In this document: piece by piece, positions 24,058-36,605 of the stretch
Layout of the letters: each line of letters opens with the position of its first letter
Position numbering within the stretch: the first letter of the stretch is position 1
Assembly (NCBI GenBank): GCA_951406725.2
Contig: OX597842.1
Location: forward strand, 5,518,001 to 5,582,000
Direction of reading: 5' to 3'
Length of the DNA stretch: 64,000 nt
Source of the DNA: Octopus vulgaris
Lineage: Eukaryota
The notes under the pieces: model-generated
Database searches by the model: none
What the model was told of the DNA's origin: nothing
The model's input: only the letters and a program-made list of their open reading frames with translations
Position numbers and translations under genes: made by a program

Positions 24058-24620
24058 TTGGGTTGTCCGGAATGTTTGTGCCAATTTTTAAAGGAAAGAA
24101 AAAGGTCAAATACTTGCTGTTACATTTTTAATCAATCAAATATGAACCATTTTGTTGCACAATGTGTCTCCATCTTTCCTTTGACTTGAAAATACCCTCT
24201 TCCCAGAATTGAGGTGGTTTCATGGCAAACAATTCATCAAGGTATCTTTTTATGTCATCCAAGGAATTGAAATTTTCACCATTAAGACTATTCTGCAGAG
24301 ACCTGAATAAGTGGAAATCCGAAGGAGCAATATCTGGTGAATATGGAGGGTGGGGTAACACATCCCAGCCAAGCTGCAGCAATTTTTGTCTGGTTCCCAA
24401 AGCATCAAGTGCCGAAAATGAACTTTCTTATCTTCCATTTTAAAGGGTTACAGAATTAACACAGGTTATAGGAACATAAACCTTCTTTCACGAAAAGATA
24501 GCTTAAACTGTGCTCTAAATGGAGGTGTAGTCAAATCCTATTTTATGGACTCAACCAGGTTCTAAAATAAATCGAAAGGTAAGCTGCTATAAATCGGCAT
24601 GAACTTTTCAGACAACCCAA
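24058..24620 (-). mobile_element. Internally deleted mariner transposon with both TIRs and TA TSD
   Basis: TA-TTGGGTTGTCCGGAA... and ...TTCAGACAACCCAA-TA. The N-terminus MEDKKVHFRHLMLWE is joined out of frame to the C-terminus LGWDVLPHPPYSPDIAPSDFHLFRSLQNSL..ERWRHIVQQNGSY. Confidence 0.95.
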
Positions 24621-24622
24621 TA

Positions 24623-25240
24623 CATATAATGGCATGGAGAGGGAAGGCTGGTATGCATGGGTGACTGCTTGCCTTCCATAAACAAACCTTGCCCAGACTT
24701 GTGCTTTAGAGAGGAACTTTCTAGGTGAAATCCCATGGTCATTCATGACTGGAGTGGGGTCTTTACCATTTAGCCCATGTACATATAATGGCATGGAGAG
24801 CAGGGGCTGGTATGTATGGGTGATTACTGGTCTTCCATAAACGACCTTACCTGGACTTGTGCCTCGGAGGGTAACTTTCTAGGTGCAATCCCATGGTCAG
24901 TCATGACTGAAGAGGGTCTTTACCCTTTAACCGTGTACATAAATGCCATGGAGAGTAGGGGCTAGTATGCATGGATGACTGCTGGTCTTCCATAAACAAA
25001 CCTTGTCCAGACTTGTTCCTCGGAGGGGAACTTTCTAGGTGCAATCCTACGGTCATTCATGATTTGATTGGGGTCTTTACCCTTTACTCCATGTACCTAT
25101 AATGGCATGGAGAGCAGGGGCTGGTATGCACGGGCGACTGCTTGCCTTCCATAAACAAACCTTGCTCGGACTTGTTCCTCGGAGGGGAACTTTCTAGGTG
25201 AAATCCTATGGTCACTCATGACCAAAAGGGGTCCTTCTCT
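24623..25240 (+). repeat. Tandem array, ~4 x 155-159 bp, derived from the family E SINE 3' part
   Basis: G(G/C)CATGGAGAG recurs at 24631, 24790, 24945 and 25104. Confidence 0.9.
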
Positions 25241-26284
25241 TTTCACAACAGTAGTTAGTATTAGTGGCTATAGTAGTTATTTAGCCCTGGGTCAGTCCTG
25301 GTGGTGATAATGGTGGTATTTATAACATTTGGCACTGCTTTTATAGTGTTGTTATTGTTGTTGTTGGTGGTGGTGATGGGTAGTGCAAATTTTGTAATTA
25401 GTATAACGAGCTAAATAGCTAAACACATCAGTGATCTTCTTAATTAATTAAATCTCTACAAGAATAGAAGTGTCGAGTGGGAGGTGAGCAGGGAAGTTGT
25501 CTATTCTTTCAGTGTTAATTACTACATCTCAATCAACCAACTCGTTTATTCTGGATATTGTCTGAAATATTTGTGTGTGTGTGTGTGTGTGTACCTTTTC
25601 ATACACGGTTCAGTCAGCAGTCTGTGGCCATGCTGGGGCACCACCTTACAGGGTTTTATTCAAACAATTCAGTTCTTGAATTTCATTTTTTTTTTCTAAA
25701 GCTTGGTGCTTTTTTGTTGGTACTCCTTGCTGATAAACAAGTTACAGGGATGCAAACAAACCAACACTGGCTGTCAAACAGTATTGGGGACAAATGCATA
25801 CACACACACACATACACAAACGCACATATGTATGTGTATGTCTGTGTGTGGAGGTGCATGGCTCAGTGGTTAGGGTGTTGGACTTGTCATTGTAAGATTG
25901 TGGTTTCAATTCCTAGATCAGGCAATACATTGTGTTCTTGAGCAAAACACTTCATTTCACTCTAGAAACAGACTCTCTTAAATGCCTGGATGTGAAGGTG
26001 CATGGCTTAGTGGTTAGGGTGTTGGACTGATGATTGTAAGATTGTGGTTTCAATTCCTGAACATTGTGTTCTTGAGCCAAACACTTCATTTCACATTGCT
26101 CCAGTCCACTCAGCTGGCAAAAGTGAGGAATCCTGCAGCAGACTTGCTTCCTGTCCAGAGGGAAAATATTTATAAAATAGACTCTGGGACCATTTGAGCG
26201 TGGTCGTTGCCAGTGCCGCCAGACTGGCTCCTGTGCAGGTAGCACGTAAAAAACACCTTTAGAGCATGGTTGTTGCCAGAACTG

Positions 26285-26885
26285 CTGGATCAGGGCTGAC
26301 CTGGGGCTAAACAGTAACTACTATAGCCACCTATAGTAACTACTCTACATCAGTTAATACAGGTCTAGATATACTAGAAGATAAAAAGGTCACAGCTGGA
26401 ACATGTTTGATCATAGGTCTGGTCTAATCCAGGGCTAAGCCACAACAGGTACAGCTACTAATACTAACTACTATACTGTACATTAGATAATGTAGTCCTA
26501 GATACACTATGCCTGAATAAAAGATGGGACGATTACAGCTGGAATATCTTTGATCCTAGGCTTGCTGGATCAGAACTGACCTGGGGTTAAACAACAACTA
26601 TAGTCACTCATAGTAACTACTACTGTATACATTTCATAATATAGTCCTAGGTAGACTATGACTGACTAAAAGAAAGGTCACAGCTGGAACATATTTGATC
26701 ATAGTCTTGCTGGATCAGGACTGACCTAGGGTTAAACAACAACTATAGCCACTTATAGTAACTATTACTGTATACATTAGATAATGTGGTTCTAGCTACA
26801 CTATGGCTAAATAAAAGATGGGATGGTCACAGCTGGAACATGTTTGATCATAGGTTGACTGGATCGTGACTGGCCCAAGGTTAAA
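26285..26885 (-). repeat. Inverted tandem array of the ~150-bp repeat
   Basis: About 4 units, reverse complement of the 23315-23775 unit. Confidence 0.85.
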
Positions 26886-27167
26886 CTAGTATGAAATTTG
26901 TCACTGTTGTACTTTATGGTTGAATGGTTTTGCAGTAGGAAGGACTTAGTCAGCTTTTGTGCCCATGCTTAAGGCAACATGTCACTTGCGCAACCAACCA
27001 ACCATGAATAAATTCATATGAAACAGGAAAAAAGCTTAGGAGAAGAAAGAGAAAAAAAACTTGGAATGGGGTGGAGTTGGGGTTGAAATAGGGTATGTGG
27101 GTTTGTGGGTATTGTGTGGTATGTGGGGGTGTGTATTGTATGGGCCTGTAGGACTAGACAGAGGAGA

Positions 27168-27885
27168 CGTTAGAAGGCTGTTTCATGGTGGTAGGCCCCT
27201 TTGGGATGTCGCATGCTGAGCACCTTCTTCAGTTAGGGGCCCAGTCTCTGCTGCTCGTCAAATTGACGGAAAAATCTGTCGAGGTATCCCAGGGATGTTA
27301 GAAGGCTGGACTGTATGACAATTTTCCTGTTTCATGGTGGTAGGCCCCTTTGGGATGTCACATGCTGAGCTACCTTCTTCAGTTAGGGGCCCAGTCTCTG
27401 CTGCTCGTCAAATTGACGGAAAAATCTGTCGAGGTATCCCAGGGATGTTAGAAGGCTGGACTGTATGACAATTTTCCTGTTTCATGGTGGTAGGCCCCTT
27501 TGGGATGTCACATGCTGAGCATCTTCAGTTAGGGGACCAGGCTCTGCTGCTCGTCAAATTGACGGAAAAATCTGTCAAGGTATCCCAGGGATGTTAGAAG
27601 GCTGAACTGTATGACAATTTTCCTGTTTCATGGTGGTAGACCTGTTTGGGATGTCACATGCTGAGCTACCTTCTTCAGTTAGGGGCCCAGGCTCTGCTGC
27701 TCGTCAAATTGACAGAAAAATCTGTCGAGGTATCCCAGGGATGTTAGAAGGCTGGACTGTATGACAATTTTCCTGTATCATGGTGGTAGGCCCCTTTGGG
27801 ATGTCACATGCTGAGCTACCTTCTTCAGTTAGGGGCCCATGCTCTGTTGTTTGTCAAATTGACGGAAAAATCTGTCAAGGTATCA
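27168..27885. repeat. Tandem repeat, ~5 x 150 bp, high identity
   Basis: GTTAGAAGGCTG recurs at 27297, 27447, 27593 and 27743. All six frames of the unit contain stops. Confidence 0.95.
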
Positions 27886-29093
27886 GGGTCACTCTCTGAC
27901 AGGTTTATGGTTGAGTCCATGGCAGTGGAGACCTCCAGCATTCTTGGTCCCCTTCCCCTCAGACTATATCCCTGCTCACCATTACTGGGGCAGAGATTGG
28001 TGTCTGCAAGTGCAAGCCCCTCAAGTCAGTGGCTAATCCAGGGCAATGCTTCTTTTCCCATTCTGCCTGCTGGGGTCATGAGAAATGTTTCTATATTGTA
28101 AGAGATGAGATTTTCCATATTCGAGTAATACAGTGTCTCTGTTATCCATTCACATTTAGGACGAGGTGCTGCAGTTGTTTAACCCAAGGTCAGCCCTGAT
28201 CGTGCAGATCTATGGTCGAAGATAATGGTGGTGGGGTGTTGATGGTTGTGTTTGGTTGGTTCCATCTGTCCTGCAACGGTGCTTGCGGTGGTTTAGCCAT
28301 GCATGTAGGCGTCCGGTGGGTGAACTGAGCCGTGATGTCCTTCTCCCAACTGGCAGAAACGTGCGGGCGGGCAGCTGAAAACCTGGGCTACGATGATCAA
28401 GGGGGACCTCTCCATGCTCACGGGACCGCAGGTGGTGGTGGTGGTGGTGGTAGTTATGGTCTTTGGATTTTCATAGTGGTGACGGTGGTGGTGGAGATGT
28501 GTGATGTTGATGGTCATGTTTGGGTGGTGGTGGTGGTAGTTGACAGTGGCAGTGATGGTAGTTGTAGTAGTGATGATGGTGGTGGTTGTGATGGCAGTGG
28601 TCTTAGTCATGGCAGTGGTTGTGGTGATAATAATGTTGGATATCATGATGGTATCAGAAGTCTTGATTCAGTAGTGGTTGGTGGTGGGGGGGTTTGTCAT
28701 GCCAGTGATTATGTTGTCATCACAGTGGTGGGGGTCTTGTAATGATGATGTTGACGATGATGTTTTATCCTAATTATTCTTTATTCTGGATCAGTCTTTT
28801 ATTATTCTTTATTCTGGATCAGTCCTGATCCAGCAAGCCTATGATCAAAGCCTAATTATTAACCCCAGTATTTTATCCTAATTATTCTTTATTTCAGATT
28901 ACTTCCTGTTGCTGTGGAAGACCAAATTTGGGAAGTGTTGATACTCCTGGATGTGAAGCAGTCTTTATAACTGTTAACTCTCTTTTTCTAAGATATTGGA
29001 TTTTTGCTATTTCCTAAGGTAAGCAGACAAATCTAAATTATATTCTGTTTAGTTTCCCTATCATATACATGGTTTTTTTATGCTTTGGGACAG

Positions 29094-29304
29094 TCATTAT
29101 ACCAACAATAACACAAGCACTGGTTCAAAATCACTTTATTGTTAGTTTATTAAATATTCAATTATTTAATCAAATGACTAACAATAAAGAAGTGATATGG
29201 AATCAGTGCTTGTGTTATTGTTGGTATAATGATCCTCCCAAGACAATAAGTTCCGTTTCAACATGAATTCCCATAAAAAAATCTTGCAAACCAAATACAG
29301 AACT
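29094..29304. repeat. Fold-back element (hairpin 29094-29232); related arm at ~21168-21280
   Basis: TCATTATACCAACAATAACACAAGCACTG pairs with CAGTGCTTGTGTTATTGTTGGTATAATGA. The end AATCTTGCAAACCAAATA matches the reverse complement of 21175-21192. Confidence 0.75.
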
Positions 29305-29479
29305 GAAGTAAATGATTATAGTCATGGCTTGACCTCAGGGGGACTGTAAAAGATGATGTTGGATTTGCAAGTGTGGTTGTGTGAGTGAGAAGTTTCCTTT
29401 GGAACCATACGGTTAGAGGTTCAATCCCTGTGGGAATGCATTGTCAGCTAACTTTCTGTACTGTATATTATAGCTATGT

Positions 29480-30390
29480 TTTTCATGGTGGTGGTCATGG
29501 TGCATTTGACAGTAGTGATGGTGTGTTTGACGACAGTGTATTTGGTGATGGCAATGCTTTTGACAGTGATGATGATAATTGTGTTTGACAGTGATGATGA
29601 TGGTGCATTTGACGGTTGTGATGGTGTGTTTGACAATGCATTTGGTGATGACTGCTTTTGACAGTGATGATGATGATGATTATTTCATTATGCCGGCTAC
29701 CATTTAATAATGCTGACTAGTAAGTCAGTTTCCCGTGGTAGCATCTTGCTTATATCAAGATAATGTAGGATTAATATAATACCAAAAAATCTAGGATGGA
29801 ATTCATGAATATCTAATATATTATGATAATGATGGTACATTTGACGGTGATGATGAGTGTGTTTGACAACAATGCATTTGGTGATGAGTTTTTTTGACGG
29901 TGGTGATGATGAGTGTGTTTGACGGTGGTGGTTGTGTTTGATGACAGTACATTTGATGACAGTGGATGCATTTGACAGTGGTGATGATGATGACATTGTT
30001 TATGACAGTGATGATGGTGCATTTGATGGTGGTGATGATGAGTGTGTTTGACGGTGGTGGTGGTGTTTGACAGCAGTACATTTGATGATGAGTGATGATG
30101 ATGGTGCATTTGACGGTGGTGATGAGTGTTTGACGGTAGTGGTGTTTGACAGCAGTACATTTGATGATGACAGTGATGGTGCATTTGACGGTGGTGAGGA
30201 TGATAGTAATGATGTTTTTGATGGTGGTAGTGATGACATTTTTGACAACGATTTTGGTGTTCTTTCATACTGATAAGTACTTTTCACAATAGCAACAATG
30301 ATGATGATGATAATGATGATGATGGTGATGACTGTTATTTGAAGATAAGGGTGCCTTTGATGATGATGATGATGATGATGGTGATGAGCG
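29480..30390. repeat. Low-complexity TTTGAC/(GAT)n/(GGT)n minisatellite
   Basis: Recurring GTGTTTGAC and GCATTTGA cores. Confidence 0.85.
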
Positions 30391-30592
30391 AAAATAAATA
30401 GCAGACATGAGGCAAAAAGCCTGGTTGTGTGTTAGCAACATGTACCTGTTAGATCAGATTAAAGAAGTGGAGAGAAAGAAGAGGAGGAGAGGCAGAAGAG
30501 GAAGGCAGTGGAAGTGGAGGGGCAGAGACTCGCTCACGCATTGATGTGAGTGTACTAAATAGCCTTTACCACCACCATCACCCTCTCTCCCT

Positions 30593-30633
<41 letters not shown>

Positions 30634-31195
30634 CCTCTTCTTGCCACTGCTACCACCACTACACTCCGGCATTAATTAATATTATGAAAACGTAATGAGC
30701 TAATTGGATGAAATTGCTTAGTGAGAGTGCACAGTGGTGCGATGAGGTGTCTGGGGGAGGGGACCCAGTCCTTGGTGTGTGTGTGTGGGGGGGTTTAGCT
30801 TTATGGTTGAAGCGGTGTTTAATAATGATGTGGTGGCCAGCCATGAAATGGTTACCAACCACTTCGGTGGGGGAGAGGGGGGGGGGCGTTGGCGGGTGAG
30901 GGTTGGCGTGGAAGGAACGGTTGCCTTTTGCTTTTTTTTTTTTTTTTGCTTTTATTTTCTGTTTCCGCTTTTTGTTTTTGTTTTTGTTGTTGTTCTTCCT
31001 CTTCCTGTCATCGTCACGGTTTGACGAACACACACGTGAGTAAACTTTTAATGTTGATTGTGTGTGTGAGAGGAGGGTGTCGTGGTGTGTATTTGAGCTT
31101 TCTTTCAGATCCACACACACACACACACACAAACACAAGCTCTGTGTGTGTGTAGGTTGTTTGAAGTGATGGTACAGGTTTTATGTATTAAGAAA

Positions 31196-31334
31196 GAGGT
31201 AGGTCAGAGTTTTGGATTATCATTTATTAGTGCTTTCATCTTGTTGTTCGTTTCCGAGCCTCATCAGATGAGTCTGGGAAGCGAATGAGATGAAAGTTGC
31301 TAATAAATGATTATCCAAAATTCTGACCTACCTC
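31196..31334. repeat. Fold-back palindrome with CTGATGA..GAAA at the centre
   Basis: GAGGTAGGTCAGAGTTTTGGAT... pairs with ...ATCCAAAATTCTGACCTACCTC. Confidence 0.8.
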
Positions 31335-31358
31335 CTTTTACTTAATAAATAAATAAAT

Positions 31359-31397
<39 letters not shown>

Positions 31398-31400
<3 letters not shown>

Positions 31401-31630
31401 TCATCATCATCATCATCGTTTAACGTCCGCTTTCCATGCTAGCATGGGTTGGACGGTTCAACTGGGGTCTGGGAAGCCCGCAGGCTGCACCAGGCCAGAC
31501 AGATCTGGCAGTGTTTCTACAGCTGGATGCCCTTCCTAACGCCAACCACTCCGAGAGTGTAGTGGGTGATTTTATGTGCCACCGACACAGGTGCCAGACG
31601 AGGCTGGCAGACGGCCACGCTCGGATGGTA
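31398..31630 (-). mobile_element. Family C element
   Basis: (CAT)n and the family C core. Confidence 0.87.
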
Positions 31631-31683
31631 TATATATATATATATATATACAGAGAAATGTATACATAGATGTGTATAAGGAT

Positions 31684-31737
<54 letters not shown>

Positions 31738-31923
31738 CATACATACATAGAGAGAGAGAGAGAGAAATGTATACATAGATGTGTATAAGGATAACAAATA
31801 TATATATATACACATACATATATACATACATACACACACACAAACAGAGAGAGAGAGAGAAATGTATACATATATGTATATAAGGATAACAAATATATAA
31901 TATAATGTATATATATATATATG

Positions 31924-31960
<37 letters not shown>

Positions 31961-31993
31961 AAATGTATGCATAGATGTATATAAGAATAACAA

Positions 31994-32034
<41 letters not shown>

Positions 32035-32049
32035 ATATATATATATATA

Positions 32050-32280
32050 TTTCTTTATTGCCCACAAGGGGCTAAACACAGAGGGGACAAACAAGGACAG
32101 ACAAAGGGATTAAGTCGATTACATCGACCCCAGTGCATAGCTGGTACTTTATTTATCGACCCCAAAAGGATGAAAGGCAAAGTCGACCTTGGCGGAATTT
32201 GAACTCAGAACCTAACGACAGATGAAATACGGCTACGCATTTCACCTGGCGTGCTAACGTTTCTGCCAGCTCACCGCCTT
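32050..32280 (-). mobile_element. Family B SINE
   Basis: Full reverse copy. Another is at 33161-33402. Confidence 0.9.
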
Positions 32281-32762
32281 CAGTGTATGTATATATATAT
32301 ATATACACACTCACACATACAGAGAGAGAGAAATGCATACATAGTTGTATATAAGGATAACAAATATATATATATATATATATAGAATAAAACTTATATA
32401 TAAAGAACGTGAAATTCACAAATTGACAAACACGGAAAAACGGACAGTAATTCAGAGCCTTCATTCTTCACACAAACATACATACATACATAGAGAGAGA
32501 GAGAAATGTATACATGGATGTATATAAGAATAACAAATATAATTATATATACACACACACGCACAGAAATGCATACATAGAAGTATATAAGGATAACAAA
32601 TATATAATATATACAGACACACACACACACTCATTCAGAGAGAGTGAGAGGCAAATGTATATATATAAATATTTATTAAAATAATATAGGGTAGCAAAAT
32701 TCAGGAAATTTCTCTACCAGTGGCCTAGCATGTATGAAAAGTCAATAGACAACATATTTTCC

Positions 32763-32917
32763 ATATAAATTTAGTGTACATTTAAACACAAAAAGAGGTG
32801 ACCCTTAACAGGCTGCCTTACATGCTAGAATGACGTTCTTGACTGCTCCTTCTAGCATGTAAGGTGGCCTGTTAAGGGTCACATCTTTTTGTGTTTAAAT
32901 GTATGCTAATTTTATAT
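32763..32917. repeat. Fold-back palindrome (~68-bp arms)
   Basis: TACATTTAAACACAAAAAGAGGTGACCCTTAACAGGC..CTTACATGCTAGAA pairs with TTCTAGCATGTAAG..GCCTGTTAAGGGTCAC..TGTGTTTAAATGTA. Confidence 0.85.
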
Positions 32918-33402
32918 ATAAATATTTATGTATATTCATAGGTGCAGGAGTGGCTGTGTGGTAAGTAGCTTGCTTACCAACCACACGGTTCTGGGTTCAG
33001 TCCCACTGCGTGGCATCTTGGGCAAGTGTCTTCTACTATAGCCTCGGGCCGACCAAAGCCTTGTAAGTGGATTTGGTAGACGGAAACTGGAAGAAGCCCG
33101 TCGTAGTCCAACCCATGCTAGCATGGAGAACGGACGCTAAATGATGATGATGATGATGATATTTCTTTATTGCCCACAAGGGGCTAAACATAGAGGGGAC
33201 AAACAAGGACAGACAAAGGGATTAAGTTGATTACATCGACCCCCCCCCCACACCCAGTGCGAAACTGGTACTTTATTTATCGACCCCGAAAGGATGAAAG
33301 GTAAAGTCGATCTTGGCGGAATTTGAACTCAGTTCGTAACTGCAGACGAAATACCGCTAAGCATTTCGCCCGGCGCGCTAATGAGTCTGCCAGCACGCCG
33401 CC

Positions 33403-33441
<39 letters not shown>

Positions 33442-33867
33442 TGAGTTTGTCCCCCCCAACGTCGCTTGACAACCGATGCTGGTGTGTTTACGTCCCGTAA
33501 CTTAGCGGTTCGGCAAAAAAGACAGATGGGATAAGTACTAGGCTTACAAAGAATAAGTCCCGGGGTTGATTTGCCTGTCTTGGTGTTACACCTAAAAACG
33601 CCTGTCTTGGTGCCACGCATAAAAGTGCTCATGTCTGGGTGATATCTTAGTGTCCATGTTGGTGTCACATTGAAGCACCCAGTACACTCTGTAGAGTGGT
33701 TGGCATCAAGCTGTGGAAACCATGCCCAAGCAGACAAATGGAGCCTGGGCAGTTGGCCAGCTCCAGTCGAACCATTGAGTCCATGCCAGCATGGACTATG
33801 GATGCTAAAAGATGATGGCGTAGGCATAGCTGGATCATAAGTTTTGGGTTCAGTCCCACTGAGTGGC

Positions 33868-34203
33868 ATGATGATGACGATGATGATAATGACGACGATA
33901 GTGATGACGATGACGATAGTGATGACGATGGCGATGATGATGGTAATGATGATGAAGGGGATGACGATGGTGATGATGATGGTGATGGTGATGAAGGTGA
34001 TGACGATGGTGATGACGATGACTATGATGATGACGACGATGATGGCGATTATGATAATGATAGTGATGATGATGACGCTGATGACGATAGTGATGATGAT
34101 GACGACGATGGTGGTGATGACGACAACGACAATGGTGATGATGAAGGTGATGACAATGATGATGATGGTGATGACGGTGGTGATGACGGCAATGGTGATG
34201 ATG
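33868..34203. repeat. (GAT/GAC/GGT)n trinucleotide tract
   Basis: Seen directly in the sequence. Confidence 0.95.
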
Positions 34204-35009
34204 AATTTTATGCTATTTTGTTCAAGACTCTGCTTAATAATCTAAAAGTTATTTTACTAAATTCTTAATTATTCAAAAAAATAAATTGAAACAAAGGCAA
34301 CATGTTATAAAAGAAACCTAGTAACAAATAAAAAAAGGGTTACACTATTGTAGAAGGGGACAGAAACAGGTGTCTTTTTGTAGAGACAATGGTTACCCCA
34401 GTTGGAGAAAGAGAGAGATGTGCCAGGTATAAGGGGGTGGATGTAAATGGGGGGAGGATATAGAGGATTTGATGGTGAGTGAGCAAGGAGTTCACAAGGG
34501 TGCAGCTGGGGAGAGGGAAGAAGGAAAAAGAAGATGCAGTTAGGGGTGGATAAGGGTACATAGGGGTACATAGGGGAATGGCAGAATAGCAATGATACGG
34601 TTGCCAGGGGGCGGATATGAGAGAGAGGGAGATGACTAAGTGACATTAAGCTGCAGGAGTAGGGGTGTAGAGACCCCTACTCCTGCGTGGGATGTAGTTT
34701 GGTTCATTTATGTATGTATAGGTGCATGTGTGTATGATTAAGAAGTTTGCATCCCAATCACATGGCTCCGGGTTCAGTCCCACTGCGTGGCACCTTGGGC
34801 AAGTGTCTTTTATAGCTTCAGGCCAACTGAAGTTTTGAGTGGATGTGGTACACAGAAACTTAAAGAATCACATCATTATCTTCATTTAACGTCCGCTTTC
34901 CATGCTAGCATGGGTTGGACGATTTTGACTGAGGGCTGGCAAACCAGAAGGTGCCATGCAGTGGGACTGAACCTGGAACCATGTGTGGTATGCAGCTTGC
35001 TTACCACGC

Positions 35010-35389
35010 AGTGGTATGTAGCTTGCTTACCACACATGGTTCCAGGTTCAGTCCCATTGTGTGGCACCTTGGGCAAGTGTCTTCTACTATAGCCTCAGGC
35101 TGACCAAAGCCTTGTGAGTGGATTTGGTAGATGGAAACTGAAAGAAGCCCATCGTATATATGTGTGTGTGTGTGTGTGTGTCTGTGTTTGTCCCCCCCCC
35201 TCCAACATCGTTTGACAACCGATGGTGGTGTGTTTATGTCCCCGTAACTTATTTGTTCGGCAAAAGAGACTGATAGGATAAGTAGTAGGCTTACAAAAGA
35301 ATAAGTCCTGGGGTCAATCAGCTCGACTAAAGGCGGTGCTCCAGCATGGCCGCAGTCAAATGACTGAAACAAGTAAAAGAGAGTAAAAG

Positions 35390-35424
<35 letters not shown>

Positions 35425-35657
35425 TGCATGCACAGTAATACATGCTAATACATATATATATATATATATATATATGGAGTTGTCTATAGGCGTAGGAGTG
35501 GCTGTGTGGTAAGTAGCTTGCTAACCAACCACATGGGTGCGGGTTCAGTCCCACTGCGTGGCATCTTGGGCAAGTGTCTTCTGCTATAGCCCCGGGCCGA
35601 CCAATGCCTTGTGAGTGGATTTGGTAGACGGAAACTGAAAGAAGCCTGTCGTATATG

Positions 35658-35698
<41 letters not shown>

Positions 35699-35907
35699 TC
35701 GTGTGTCTGTGTTTGTCTCCCTAGCATTGCTTGACAACTGATGATGGTGTGTTTACGTCCCCGTCACTTAGCGGTTCGGCAAAAGAGACCGAAAGAATAA
35801 GTACTGGGCTTACAAAGAATAAGTCCTGGGGTCGATTTGCTCGACTAAAGGTGGTGCTCCAGCATGGCCGCAGTCAAATGACTGAAACAAGTAAAAGAGT
35901 AAAGAGT
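35010..35907 (+). mobile_element. Two tandem family A SINEs (35010-35390, 35488-35907)
   Basis: Each has head, microsatellite and tail. Confidence 0.9.
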
Positions 35908-36243
35908 ATACACGATATATATATTTTTTAATGTTCCGTACATGAATAGGAGAGAATATAGATATATGTGTGGTATGTTTGTGTGTTTGCACATATACCT
36001 ATTCACCCGCTCTCTCACACACACACATACACACACACTTAATATATTCATGCTCGGGTTATGAATAAAATAGCATATAATTATAAACACGCAGACACAT
36101 GTACAATATTATCTATTTATATACAGTATATGAATAGAACTGAATATTTATATATACCTATACACTTGTATTTACACCCATATATATATATATATATATA
36201 TATACACCCACACACCTTAATTTATATGTATTTATGTACATAC

Positions 36244-36291
<48 letters not shown>

Positions 36292-36567
36292 ACATAAATA
36301 CACACACACACACACACATTAATTTATATGTATTTATGTACATATATATATATGCACTAAACATATTCTATTTATGTACTTTTTATGACCAGACCAATCT
36401 TTATACAGGCACACCCACCCCAATCACACCCCACCCCCACCCCAATCACACACACACACACCCCTGATTAATATATATATATATTTAGACACCCTTTTAC
36501 ATACAGTCTGAATATAGCTTATTTATCTAAAGCAATGTTTATATGCTTATCTATCTATACAAAGAGT

Positions 36568-36605
<38 letters not shown>

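Noticed and set aside
24623-25240. Ribozyme in the SINE-derived tandem unit (CTGAAGA-GGGT-CTTT-ACCC; GGGCGA HDV-like junction)
   Set aside because: There is no GAAA after the hairpin, the CTGAAGA is not kept in all units, and no HDV P1/P3 pairing was found.
21168-29304. 8-kb transposon bounded by inverted ends
   Set aside because: The ends are diverged copies of a fold-back repeat, with no TSD and no matching transposase inside.
31245-31295. Active hammerhead at the palindrome centre
   Set aside because: CTGATGA and GAAA are present on the minus strand, but there is no stem II closure or UH site.
31650-32605. CRISPR-like repeat-spacer pattern
   Set aside because: The spacers are microsatellites, the context is eukaryotic and there are no cas genes.
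33844-34245. Met-rich ORF (reflectin-like?)
   Set aside because: It is a (GAT)n tract and lacks the Tyr/Arg/Pro-rich reflectin repeat motif.
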